Assembly: GCA_965200475.1 (NCBI GenBank)
Contig: CBDAUL010000010.1
Location: 580,118 to 644,117, forward strand
DNA length: 64,000 nucleotides
DNA from: Vicinamibacterales bacterium
Lineage (GTDB): Bacteria > Acidobacteriota > Vicinamibacteria > Vicinamibacterales > UBA8438
Direction of reading: 5' to 3'
A program made the translations under genes and the position numbers. The notes beneath the pieces were generated by a model. That model was not told where the DNA came from, did no database searches, and saw only the letters and a list, made by a program, of their open reading frames with translations. Each line of letters opens with the position of its first letter. Positions within the stretch are counted from its first letter, which is position 1. Positions 27,309 through 35,731 of the stretch are shown here, one piece after another.

Positions 27309-28068
27309 CCTGCGTCGCCTCGGGCTCAACCGCACCGCCGACGAGCTGAACGACATCATCGCCCAGGCCACCCGCAAGCGCTCGAGCGCCACCGTCCTGC
27401 TCGAGCACATCGTCGCCGCCGAGCTTGAGGAAAAACAGCGCCGTAGCGTCGAGAGCCGACTGGGGCGTGCCCGACTCGGACGCTTCAAGCCGCTCGCCGA
27501 CTGGGACTGGGACTGGCCCACCGCGCTGGACCGGCGCGCCCTCGAACGCATCCTCACGCTCGACTTCCTCGCGCGCGGCGAGAACGTCGTGATCCTCGGC
27601 GCACAAGGCTTGGGGAAAACCATGCTGGCGAAGAACATCGCCCACCAGGCCATCCTCGCCGGGAAGACCGCCCTCTTCACCACGGCCGCTGACCTGCTGC
27701 TCGACCTCAACGGACAGGAGACCGCCCGCGCACTCGAACGCCGCCTGCGCCACTACACGCGCCCCGTGCTATTGTGCGTTGACGAGCTGGGCTACCTTGC
27801 CTACGACGCCCGTGCCGCGGACCTGATCTTCCAGCTCGTCAGCCGACGCTACGAGCACCGCTCCCTGCTGATCACCACCAACCTGCCCTTCAAGAACTGG
27901 GACACCGTCTTTCCCAACGCTTCATGCGCCGTCGCCCTGATCGACCGGCTGACCCACCACGTCGAAATCCTTCGCATCGAAGGCCGCAGCTATCGTCGCC
28001 GGGAGGCTGAACTCAGCCAGCAGGAGCGCAACCGCCAGCGTGCCCCGCGCGACGAAGACACCGAATGA
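27268..28068 (+). CDS. istB: IS21-family helper ATPase IstB
   Basis: Start MPSDRKTL. Walker A GAQGLGKT, Walker B LLCVDELGY, then TTNLPFKNW. Confidence 0.9.
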   Translation: MPSDRKTLTTLATDLRRLGLNRTADELNDIIAQATRKRSSATVLLEHIVAAELEEKQRRSVESRLGRARLGRFKPLADWDWDWPTALDRRALERILTLDFLARGENVVILGAQGLGKTMLAKNIAHQAILAGKTALFTTAADLLLDLNGQETARALERRLRHYTRPVLLCVDELGYLAYDARAADLIFQLVSRRYEHRSLLITTNLPFKNWDTVFPNASCAVALIDRLTHHVEILRIEGRSYRRREAELSQQERNRQRAPRDEDTE

Positions 28069-28140
28069 CACGATCAGCAGGGGCGTCCACAGGCAGTCGA
28101 CGGCACTTCAGAAATGATCACTTCCTCAAGCTCGCCGACA

Positions 28141-28781
28141 TCCAGGCTGTTTTCGGCGCGATCAAGGCCAGCTTTCTCGCCCTGCCGACGCGAATGTACA
28201 CATGGGCTTCGAGGCAGGAGACCGAACGGTACTGTCGCTGGATCGTTGAGGCGTCACTGTTCCAGGAAGACGACCGGCCCGGGCTCTCGTTCAAGGAGGC
28301 ACGCCAGTGTTTGCGTGAAATCAAGCAGGAAGGTCGTCAACACGTGATCGGGCTCCTGGGGCAGGTGGGCGCGGGACACGATGACGGGTGGGAGAAGCTG
28401 GCCATACCGTTTGTCAGGAGGGCGTGGCCGAACGAGCAGGCGTACCAGACGGGCGAGACAACGGAGGCGTGGCTGTCTCTGCTCGACAACACCGAAGATT
28501 CGTTCCCGAAGGTGCTCGCCGCCGTCCGGGACCACCTTCGCCCCGTCAACTCGGGGTCGCTGGCGCTGTACGCGTTCCATCGCGAGGCACAAGCGAACGA
28601 GCCGCTGACGACCAAGTTTCCGCGTGAAACACTCGACCTGCTGGACCGGGTCGCGCCGTCGAGTTCGGGGGATGTACCGCATGGGCTGTCGGAGGTCCTT
28701 GGACTGCTTGTGGAGGCAAAACCCGCTCTGATTGGTGACACGCGGTACACGAGGCTCCGCGCGCTCGCCGCTCAGCGCTGA
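28141..28781 (+). pseudogene. 3' segment of the IS-disrupted cargo gene
   Basis: After removing the IS21 element and one TSD copy, the frames of ORFs 23761 and 28065 join as ..ENRWQSVQA|VFGAIKASFLAL... Confidence 0.6.
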
Positions 28782-28970
28782 CTTGCTGCGTCCGCCGCCA
28801 ACGTTCCGACGGAGGGGAACCGCTGCATGTCGACCCCGATCTGGGCGCGGTGCCATTACCGCGCCGCCGCCCGGCGGCCGCTTCTCGTGGGTTCATTCGT
28901 GGGGCTCAGTTCTATCCTCATGACAGAAAACCCAATGATCTCAGCGGTTTTCTGACGAGTCCGAATCCCG

Positions 28971-30173
28971 TTGGGAAAAGAGAATCGAACCATGGGCAAG
29001 CTCACTGTCGCGATGCTGCGCTCGCTCTCCCGCCCCGGCCGGTACGGCGACGGCGGGACGCTGTTCCTCGTCGTGGCGCCGGGCGGGTCGAAGAGCTGGG
29101 TGCAGCGAGTCACCATCGGCAGCCGGCGTCGCGATCTCGGCTTGGGCGGGTGGCCGGTCGTCTCGCTCGCCAAGGCCCGACAGCGCGCGTTCGCCAACCG
29201 CGTCGCCATCGCGGACGGGATCGACCCGCTCGCCCGCAAGCGCCGGCCGAGCACCCCGACCTTCCGGGAGGCGAGCGAGCACGCCCTGGAAGCGAACCGG
29301 CCGCGCTGGCGCAACGCCAAGACGACGGACAACTGGATCGCCACGATGGACAAGTACGTGCATCCCGTCTTCGGCGACCGGCGCGTCGACCAGATCGGCA
29401 GAGAGGATGTCCTGCGCGTCCTGACGCCCATCTGGACGGCCAAGCCCGAGATCGGGCGCAAGGTCCGGCAGCGCATCCGCGCGACGCTGGCCTGGGCGCA
29501 GGCGCACGGCCATGTCGAGCACAACCTCGCAGGCGACGCCATCGACGGCGCGCTGCCGTCGCTGCCGGCCGTCAAGGCGCACTTCCGGGCGCTGCCGTAC
29601 CGGGAGGTCGGTGCGGCGCTGGAAACCATCGAGGCGTCTCGGGCGTCGGTGTCCGCCAAGGCGTGCCTCCGGTTCGTCGTGCTCACCGCCTGCCGATCGG
29701 GTGAGGCCCGCCTTGCGACGTGGGACGAGATCGATCTGGACGCCCGCGAGTGGCGCATCCCGGCGTCCCGGATGAAGGCGGGCATCGAGCATCGCGTACC
29801 GCTCGCCGACGCTGCGCTGGACGTGCTGGAATCCGTCCGGCCGCTACGCAGTCCGGCCGACCTGTTGTTCCCGTCGCCGTCGAGGCTGGCGAAGACGCTC
29901 AGCGACATGACGCTGACGAAGATCCTGCGGGACACGGGGCTGGCCGACCGGGCCACGGTGCACGGCTTCCGTTCGGCATTCCGAACGTGGGCGAGCGAGC
30001 GGACGAGCGTGCCGCACGCCGTCTGCGAGATGGCGCTGGCCCATCGCGTCGGTTCCGACGTGGAGCGGTCCTACGCGCGGTCGGACCTGTTCGACAAGCG
30101 CCGCGGGTTGATGGACCAGTGGGCTACGTACGTGACGGGCGGCGGCGCGAAGGTGCTGCGCCTGCACGGATGA
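28971..30173 (+). CDS. P4-type tyrosine integrase (island 2, intact); alternative start at 28992
   Basis: 400 aa. GRYGDGGTLFLVVAPGGSKSWVQR; catalytic region VVLTACRSGEARLATW ... VHGFRSAFRTWASE ... LAHRVGSDVERSYARSD. Confidence 0.9.
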   Translation: MGKENRTMGKLTVAMLRSLSRPGRYGDGGTLFLVVAPGGSKSWVQRVTIGSRRRDLGLGGWPVVSLAKARQRAFANRVAIADGIDPLARKRRPSTPTFREASEHALEANRPRWRNAKTTDNWIATMDKYVHPVFGDRRVDQIGREDVLRVLTPIWTAKPEIGRKVRQRIRATLAWAQAHGHVEHNLAGDAIDGALPSLPAVKAHFRALPYREVGAALETIEASRASVSAKACLRFVVLTACRSGEARLATWDEIDLDAREWRIPASRMKAGIEHRVPLADAALDVLESVRPLRSPADLLFPSPSRLAKTLSDMTLTKILRDTGLADRATVHGFRSAFRTWASERTSVPHAVCEMALAHRVGSDVERSYARSDLFDKRRGLMDQWATYVTGGGAKVLRLHG

Positions 30174-30278
30174 GCCGCAACGAACCGTCGGATTCAGCGC
30201 GCTGTCGGCGTTCGGCGGCGAGCAACGACGAGGGTTACCCCTGTGGTATCATTGGGAACATCTATGGGGTAATCCAAG

Positions 30279-30578
30279 ATGACGACGCCGACGGATCGAC
30301 TGTTGACACGCGCGGAGGTCGAGCGGCGCACCGGGCTCGGGCGGAGCGCGCTGTACCGCGCGATGCGCGAGGGCCGGTTCCCCGAGCCGTTTCGGGTCGG
30401 TCCGACAGCCGTTCGATGGTCCGAGCGGGAGATCGAGGCATGGGTAGCGGCACTCCCGCGCTCCCGCGGCGATGGGATCCACCGGGCGAGCAAGCAAGAC
30501 CTGCCGAGCGCGGCACACGGAAGCGAGAGGCATGCCCAAATCGCCACGCCACACCATCAATCTCAAGCTCTCGATTGA
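30279..30578 (+). CDS. AlpA-family excisionase/regulator (copy 2)
   Basis: Same HTH sequence as 16922-17221. Confidence 0.7.
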   Translation: MTTPTDRLLTRAEVERRTGLGRSALYRAMREGRFPEPFRVGPTAVRWSEREIEAWVAALPRSRGDGIHRASKQDLPSAAHGSERHAQIATPHHQSQALD

Positions 30579-30951
30579 GGAGTTCGCGGCGCTCGCCGCG
30601 GATGCCGACAAGTGCGAGGTCGCGCCGACGACGATGGCGCTCAGTCACGTCCTGGCCGGCATGCAGCAGTTCCGCGGCGTGGTCCCGGACTTGACTGTCC
30701 CCGCGAGCCGCGCCACGTACGTCCTGAAGGACGCGGCGGAGGCCCTCCGTGCGGCCGGCAAAGCCGAAGCCGCACAGGCCGCAGAATCTGCGGGTCAGGA
30801 GCTGTACCAGGCAGTGGCTGACACCCAGGAGGGGCTTGGCTGGATCGTGTGGCCCGGCTGGCGGCTGGACGCCTTTCGCCACCGTATCCCGTGGGAGGGA
30901 GAGCTCGGCGGCCGGCCGGACTTGACAGAGTCCATTCTCAAGAGCCGATGA
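30532..30951 (+). CDS. RHH/MobC-like small protein (copy 2)
   Basis: MPKSPRHTINLKLSIEEFAALAADADKCEV..., a paralog of 17175-17594. Confidence 0.4.
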   Translation: MPKSPRHTINLKLSIEEFAALAADADKCEVAPTTMALSHVLAGMQQFRGVVPDLTVPASRATYVLKDAAEALRAAGKAEAAQAAESAGQELYQAVADTQEGLGWIVWPGWRLDAFRHRIPWEGELGGRPDLTESILKSR

Positions 30952-31093
30952 ACCTGCGCGAGGTGCGGTGCTGGTCCACGTCATCCAGAAGGTCGAGGCA
31001 GCCAACGCCCGGTCGGACCTGTTCGAGCGGCGCCGGCAGTTGGATGGACGACTGGTCCGCCTACGTCGTCGGCGGTGCACGGAGCGCCGGCCG

Positions 31094-32047
31094 ATGATCG
31101 CCCATCTTCGGGACCGGTCGGACGCGCTCGTCCGGTCCGGCTGGACTCGCCGGGAAGCCGAGTGGCTGGCGCTGGTCTGCCTGCACAGCGGCGTGTTCCT
31201 CCGCTCGCAGTACCTCGCCTTCATCGGCCGGACCAACCCGGCGCTGGCTAACCGTTTCGTCCGCCGGTGCCGCAGGCACGCCGTCGAACAGCCGTGGAAC
31301 GGGTCGCGGCTCCGCATCTGCCGGATCGCGGCCCGGCGCATCTACCGGACGCTCGGCGCGGAGCACGTCCGGCACCGCCGGCCCGCCGCGCCCGAGGTCG
31401 TGCTGCGGCGGCTCCTGTCGCTCGACTACGTGCTCGAACATCCCCACGCCGCGTGGCTCCCGACCGAGCACGAGAAGGTGACGGCGCTGACCGAGGCGGG
31501 GATCGCCAGGGAGTTGCTGCCGCGCCGGCTCTACCAGGGCGCGGTCGGGGCGCAGTACCGCTACTTTCCCCACAAGCTGCCGCTGGCGCTCGACGGACGG
31601 CGGGCGACGTTCCTGTTCGTGCAGGCCGGGGACGAGACCGAGAGCGCGGTGCGCACGTGGGGCGGGCAGCACACGGCGCTGTGGGCGGCGCTGGCCGCGG
31701 CCGGCCGCGCCGTCGAAGTGGTCGTCGTCGGCCGGGACCCGGTGCGTCTGGCGGCGGCCGGCCGGGTGCTCGACAAGTGGGCGGCGACGCCTCCCGAGGC
31801 CGTGCTGCTGTCCCATCAGGACGCGGCATCGGAACTGGCGGCGATCAAGAAGGCGATCGCGACGAGCGACTGGGACGCGCTGGAGAGGTACGGCGGCCTG
31901 AACCCCGCCCTCCAGCGGGCGTGCGTCCTCAGCGCCGCTTGCGCCGGAGACCGGAGGTCGAAGGCGGCGATCACGACCGGCCGGACGTGGCGCTCGACGC
32001 GGGTGCCGGAATGGACCCGGATCGGCCGCGCCGACGAGGCCGCCTGA
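31094..32047 (+). CDS. Island wHTH protein, possibly replication-relaxation-like (intact copy)
   Basis: MIAHLRDRSDALVRSGWTRREAEWLALVCLHSGVFLRSQYLAFIG...RFVRRC..., 317 aa. The start overlaps the stop of a short integrase remnant (TGATGA). Confidence 0.45.
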   Translation: MIAHLRDRSDALVRSGWTRREAEWLALVCLHSGVFLRSQYLAFIGRTNPALANRFVRRCRRHAVEQPWNGSRLRICRIAARRIYRTLGAEHVRHRRPAAPEVVLRRLLSLDYVLEHPHAAWLPTEHEKVTALTEAGIARELLPRRLYQGAVGAQYRYFPHKLPLALDGRRATFLFVQAGDETESAVRTWGGQHTALWAALAAAGRAVEVVVVGRDPVRLAAAGRVLDKWAATPPEAVLLSHQDAASELAAIKKAIATSDWDALERYGGLNPALQRACVLSAACAGDRRSKAAITTGRTWRSTRVPEWTRIGRADEAA

Positions 32048-32746
32048 CGAGAGGGACCACGCCGGCCGCCGACGTGTCAAGCCTGCGGCTCCTCCACTGC
32101 GTTCCGGCTCTGCGAGTGACACGCCGGCCACCGGCGTGGTGTTGTGCGTTTATGGGCCGAACGCAGGCGTCCGGCCCGTAGACGGACCCGGACTGCCACC
32201 ACGTCCTCGAACCGCTCCCCGTCGGAGTCGTCGACGAGCACGCCCGCCTTCGAACCGACCCGCCACGAGACCCGCACCCCGTTCCACGGCGGCGACATCG
32301 AGGGAGGCGGTCGGACACGAGGACGACTGTGACATCATCAGTACAGAAAGGATCGCCGGATCCACTTCAGCAGGACGAGGCAAGGGCCGTGCCATGGATC
32401 CAGGCAGAGGAGGCGGTTACGGCGATCAACGGGAATCAGAAGGTGGCGAAGGTGACGGAGAGCGGGCGCGGGATGGAAGTCGAGGTCAGGGAGTGGACTA
32501 CGATGACAATAGGGGACAGGGTGGGCGTTGTGATCAGCCCAGTCACCCGATCACAACGAGACACGGCCCGAACTTACACCCGGAGATGCCGCACTGGAGG
32601 TGTAAGCGGACCCAGGACCTTAACTTACACCCCGGAGTCACACTTCCGGTCACCACCCCTGTATCCGATAAACCCTTCCATATCAACCGGATCCCCACCC
32701 AACATGCCACTCCCCGGTGCCGCAGATTGGTACAGGGGGGAAGTTG

Positions 32747-32827
32747 GGGAGCGACCCTGCCGAAAACCTGCGGTTTTCGGACCCGGCAGGTGTTCCTCCG
32801 TCACACCCGCCGCGCCGGGTCGCTCCC
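32747..32827. other. 81-nt three-way-junction element, copy 2
   Basis: Same outer stem as copy 1 (GGGAGCGACCC/GGGTCGCTCCC). Hairpin CCGAAAACC-tgc-GGTTTTCGG (perfect 9 bp) and hairpin CGGCAGGTGT...ACACCCGCCG. Confidence 0.4.
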
Positions 32828-32941
32828 CTCGTGGAAGGAGTCCCTGCGGGAAGGCCAACGACGAGGATCGCCGTCACCGCCGCCCTGGTTGGCCGCGGCT
32901 CATGCACAGTCCGCTCCACTCAAATCAGGACGCCCGCCGAG

Positions 32942-33253
32942 CTATTCTCCGGGTTGCTCTGGCGTCGGCAGAACGAAACGTTCGATGATGAGAAGTCTCT
33001 GGTCCACCTTGCCGAAGGCGACCTCGACGCTGCGTAGGCGGGTGTCGAAGCTCTCCATGCGGGCGTTCACTTCGGTACGGAAACCCCGTAGTTCGCCGCG
33101 TACGTCATCGATCCGGGCACTCACGTCATCGATCCTGCTGTTCATGCCGGTGATCAACGAGATCATGAGCGCGGCGAGGCCCACACCGGTCGTCAAGATG
33201 GCCACGACGATTCCGATCCCGGTGCCGACGATCCACTTCGTGTCGCTGCTCAT
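32942..33253 (-). CDS. N-terminally membrane-anchored heptad-repeat protein (island 2 copy)
   Basis: MSSDTKWIVGTGIGIVVAILTTGVGLAALMISLITGMNSRIDDVSARIDDVRGELRGF... Same architecture as 20409-20747. Confidence 0.5.
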   Translation of the reverse strand: MSSDTKWIVGTGIGIVVAILTTGVGLAALMISLITGMNSRIDDVSARIDDVRGELRGFRTEVNARMESFDTRLRSVEVAFGKVDQRLLIIERFVLPTPEQPGE

Positions 33254-33479
33254 GCCCGCAGAATAGCACGCACCGGACGCGGGTCGAAACACGTTGCAGT
33301 CTCGACTCCGAACCATCCCTCTCAGACGAACGCGCGTCGACCCGACATCGGGAGCGTCAGCACGACCGAGAGGCCCCTCGACTGTCGGTGTCCTCACATG
33401 TGTGCGTACGATCGTGTATTATCGGGCACAACCGTGTGGCGCCGTGCATTCTCGTGCAGTGTTCCACGGAGGCCGCTAG

Positions 33480-33668
33480 ATGTCCACTGGCCGGCGACTC
33501 AACACGACGATCGAGCCGAAACTCGCCGATCGCCTCCACCGTGAGACGGACGGCAGAACCCCGAAGCTGCCGAAGCGGTACGTCGTCGAGCTGGCCCTGA
33601 AGAGGCTGTTCGACGACCTGGATCGCGGTCAACTGAAGCTCGATCTAGCGGGGGATGTCCGTGACTAA
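33480..33668 (+). CDS. Ribbon-helix-helix (CopG/Arc-like) protein, candidate controller of the methyltransferase operon
   Basis: 62 aa. RLNTTIEPKLADRLHRE...RYVVELALKRLFDDL (beta strand plus two helices). GGAGG lies 7 nt upstream. The 3' end overlaps the MTase start. Confidence 0.6.
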   Translation: MSTGRRLNTTIEPKLADRLHRETDGRTPKLPKRYVVELALKRLFDDLDRGQLKLDLAGDVRD

Positions 33669-35022
33669 GGCGTTGGGCAAGGCCGGCAGGCGACGGAGGC
33701 CAGTGATCTCGCTGTTCAGCGGCGCGATGGGGCTCGACCTCGGCCTCGAATCGGCCGGTCTAGACCTCGCGGTCGCGCTGGAGTGCAAGTCCTTCCCGAT
33801 CGCGACCATCGCCCGCAACCGGCCCTCGCTGCCGCTCATCGACAGGCGGATCGAGGACGCTTCGAGCGAAGAGATACTGGAGGCGGGGCAGCTAGCGCCC
33901 GGGAAGGCGTTTGCCGTCGTTGGCGGCCCCTCCTGCCAAGTGTTCAGCACTGCGGGCCGGCGGAGGTCCCTCGGAGATCCTCGGAGCACGATGTTCCAGC
34001 ACTTCGTCCGAGTGGTCCGCGACGTTAGACCCAAGTTCCTCGTCATGGAGAACGTGCGGGGCCTGCTCTCCGCGGCTGTGCGACATCGCCCCCTGAAACA
34101 GCGAGGCCCCGGCTATCCTCGCCTCGCAGAGGAGGAGCTGTTGGGTTCCGCCTTCCAGGTCGTCGCAGAGACCCTTCGGGGCCTCGGCTACTACTGCGTG
34201 TTCGATGTGCTGGACGCGGCCGACTACGGTGTGCCTCAGACACGCCAGCGGCTCGTGATCATCGGCAGCCGCGACGGCAAGAGAGTGCGGATGCCGGAGC
34301 CGACCCACGACTCAGAGGGAGCCCGAGAGTTGCCGAGGTGGCGGACGCTCGGTGAGGCGCTGGAGGGCCTGAACGAGGACGCCCCGGACTACTACGAGTT
34401 CTGCCCCGCGAAGGCACGCTACCTGAAGCTTGTCCCGGAGGGCGGCAACTGGCGCCAGTTGCCGGAAGAACTCAGGAGCGACGCCCTCGGAAGTGCCTTC
34501 CAGTCCTGGGGAGGGCGCTCCGGCTTCTTCCGTCGCCTCTCTCGCGAACGCCCATGCCCGGCGCTAACAACACGACCGGACAGCAAGGCCACCACCTTGT
34601 GCCACCCGACGGAGCTGCGGCCGCTAACGGTCGGCGAGTACGCGCGGATACAGCAGTTCCCGGACGACTGGGTCTTCGAGGGTCCCGTGCGGCAGAAGTA
34701 CGAGCAGGTCGGCAACGCGGTACCGATCGGCTTGGGTGCGGCGATAGGGAGGGCTCTGATCACGGCCTCCCGCAGCCATGTGAGCGCCGACCGGTTTGGT
34801 CGCTTCGAGACGTTCAACCTCGACCTGCTTGGCAAGCTGGCCAGGAGGCCCAAGACGATCGTTAACCCTCCGAGGATGAGACAGGACGACGAACAGAACA
34901 CGATTGCGGACTGGCACGGTGACGGTCAGAGGATGCGCGAAGACGCCCATGACTACGTTCCCGCCGACATCGCCAAGGAGTTCGAGAGCCTCATCGCTCG
35001 GAGTTCCCGGCGCGCACGATGA
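33655..35022 (+). CDS. DNA (cytosine-5)-methyltransferase
   Basis: Motif I ISLFSGAMGLDLG, motif IV GGPSCQVFSTAG, motif VI ENVRGLL, motif VIII QTRQRLVIIG, motif IX/X region EYARIQQFPDDW and GNAVP. Confidence 0.9.
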   Translation: MSVTKALGKAGRRRRPVISLFSGAMGLDLGLESAGLDLAVALECKSFPIATIARNRPSLPLIDRRIEDASSEEILEAGQLAPGKAFAVVGGPSCQVFSTAGRRRSLGDPRSTMFQHFVRVVRDVRPKFLVMENVRGLLSAAVRHRPLKQRGPGYPRLAEEELLGSAFQVVAETLRGLGYYCVFDVLDAADYGVPQTRQRLVIIGSRDGKRVRMPEPTHDSEGARELPRWRTLGEALEGLNEDAPDYYEFCPAKARYLKLVPEGGNWRQLPEELRSDALGSAFQSWGGRSGFFRRLSRERPCPALTTRPDSKATTLCHPTELRPLTVGEYARIQQFPDDWVFEGPVRQKYEQVGNAVPIGLGAAIGRALITASRSHVSADRFGRFETFNLDLLGKLARRPKTIVNPPRMRQDDEQNTIADWHGDGQRMREDAHDYVPADIAKEFESLIARSSRRAR

Positions 35023-35731
35023 TCCGGTCGGGTCACTTCGCACGCTGCGGACCAGACGGAAGCGGGCAAGGCGCAGCGTCGAGATCCTGAAGGGGCGCTA
35101 CAGCTCGACGTTGCTGAATAACAAGGACGACCCGCTCGACGAGCTAGTGTTCATCATGCTGTCGCAGATGACGACCGGCCCGAGCTACGAACGGGTCTAC
35201 GACCGCCTGAAGGCCGCGATGCCGCACTGGCGGAGCCTGACCGAAACGTCCGTCGCCGACCTCACGTCGCTCATCGCCGACGCCGGCTTGGCTGGACAAC
35301 GGGCCGTCCGGCTCAAGCAGATCGCCGATCGGCTGGTCCACGACTTCGGTGAGGTCTCCCTGACCGCTCTCACTACCTCGGACGACGACGCGGCGCAGCG
35401 CTACCTCACGTCGCTGCCCGGCGTTGGGGTGAAGACCGCCAAGTGCGTCATGATGTACAGCCTCGGACGACAGGTTCTACCGGTGGACACCCACACCGCA
35501 CGTGTCGCTACCCGGTTGGGACTCGTCTCGACGGGGAGTGCGGCAGCCGTTGACCGAGACCTCTCCGTCGTCGTTCTGCCGTCGCTCCGTTTCGATTTCC
35601 ACGTGAACGCCGTCGCCCACGGCCGTGCGGTGTGTCGTGCGGTCACGCCCCGTTGTGACCACTGCGTCCTGTCCTCGCTGTGTCCGGTAGGCCGTGCCGC
35701 CAGCCGGACGACCCGAAGACGACGAACGTGA
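34949..35731 (+). CDS. HhH-GPD superfamily DNA glycosylase (EndoIII/Mig-like) with 4Fe-4S Cys motif; start uncertain
   Basis: DPLDELVFIMLSQMT, HhH LTSLPGVGVKTAKCVMMY, catalytic-Asp region LPVDTHTARV, cluster CRAVTPRCDHCVLSSLC. All ATG starts overlap the MTase 3' end; a TTG start near 35110 is possible. Confidence 0.75.
   Translation: MTTFPPTSPRSSRASSLGVPGAHDDPVGSLRTLRTRRKRARRSVEILKGRYSSTLLNNKDDPLDELVFIMLSQMTTGPSYERVYDRLKAAMPHWRSLTETSVADLTSLIADAGLAGQRAVRLKQIADRLVHDFGEVSLTALTTSDDDAAQRYLTSLPGVGVKTAKCVMMYSLGRQVLPVDTHTARVATRLGLVSTGSAAAVDRDLSVVVLPSLRFDFHVNAVAHGRAVCRAVTPRCDHCVLSSLCPVGRAASRTTRRRRT

Larger units (their letters stand above)
25044..28140 (+). mobile_element. IS21-family insertion sequence, 3097 bp, three ORFs
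   Basis: Perfect 11-bp terminal inverted repeats TGTCGGCGAGC (25044-25054; reverse complement at 28130-28140). 7-bp target duplication TCCAGGC (25037-25043 and 28141-28147). Confidence 0.85.

Noticed and set aside
28826-28870. Possible third att copy between island 1 and island 2 (ctgca...gggcgcggtgccattacc).
   Set aside because: It shows only scattered identity to the tRNA 3' end, needs a 15-nt insertion to align, and is not better than chance by eye. The junction between the two islands therefore remains undefined.
32077-32700. Candidate small genes in the ORF-poor stretch after the wHTH gene (32077-32298 minus, 32329-32988 plus).
   Set aside because: No start context, no motifs, and mutually overlapping frames. 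I could not support any of them. The region is reported instead as unexplained and repeat-bearing.
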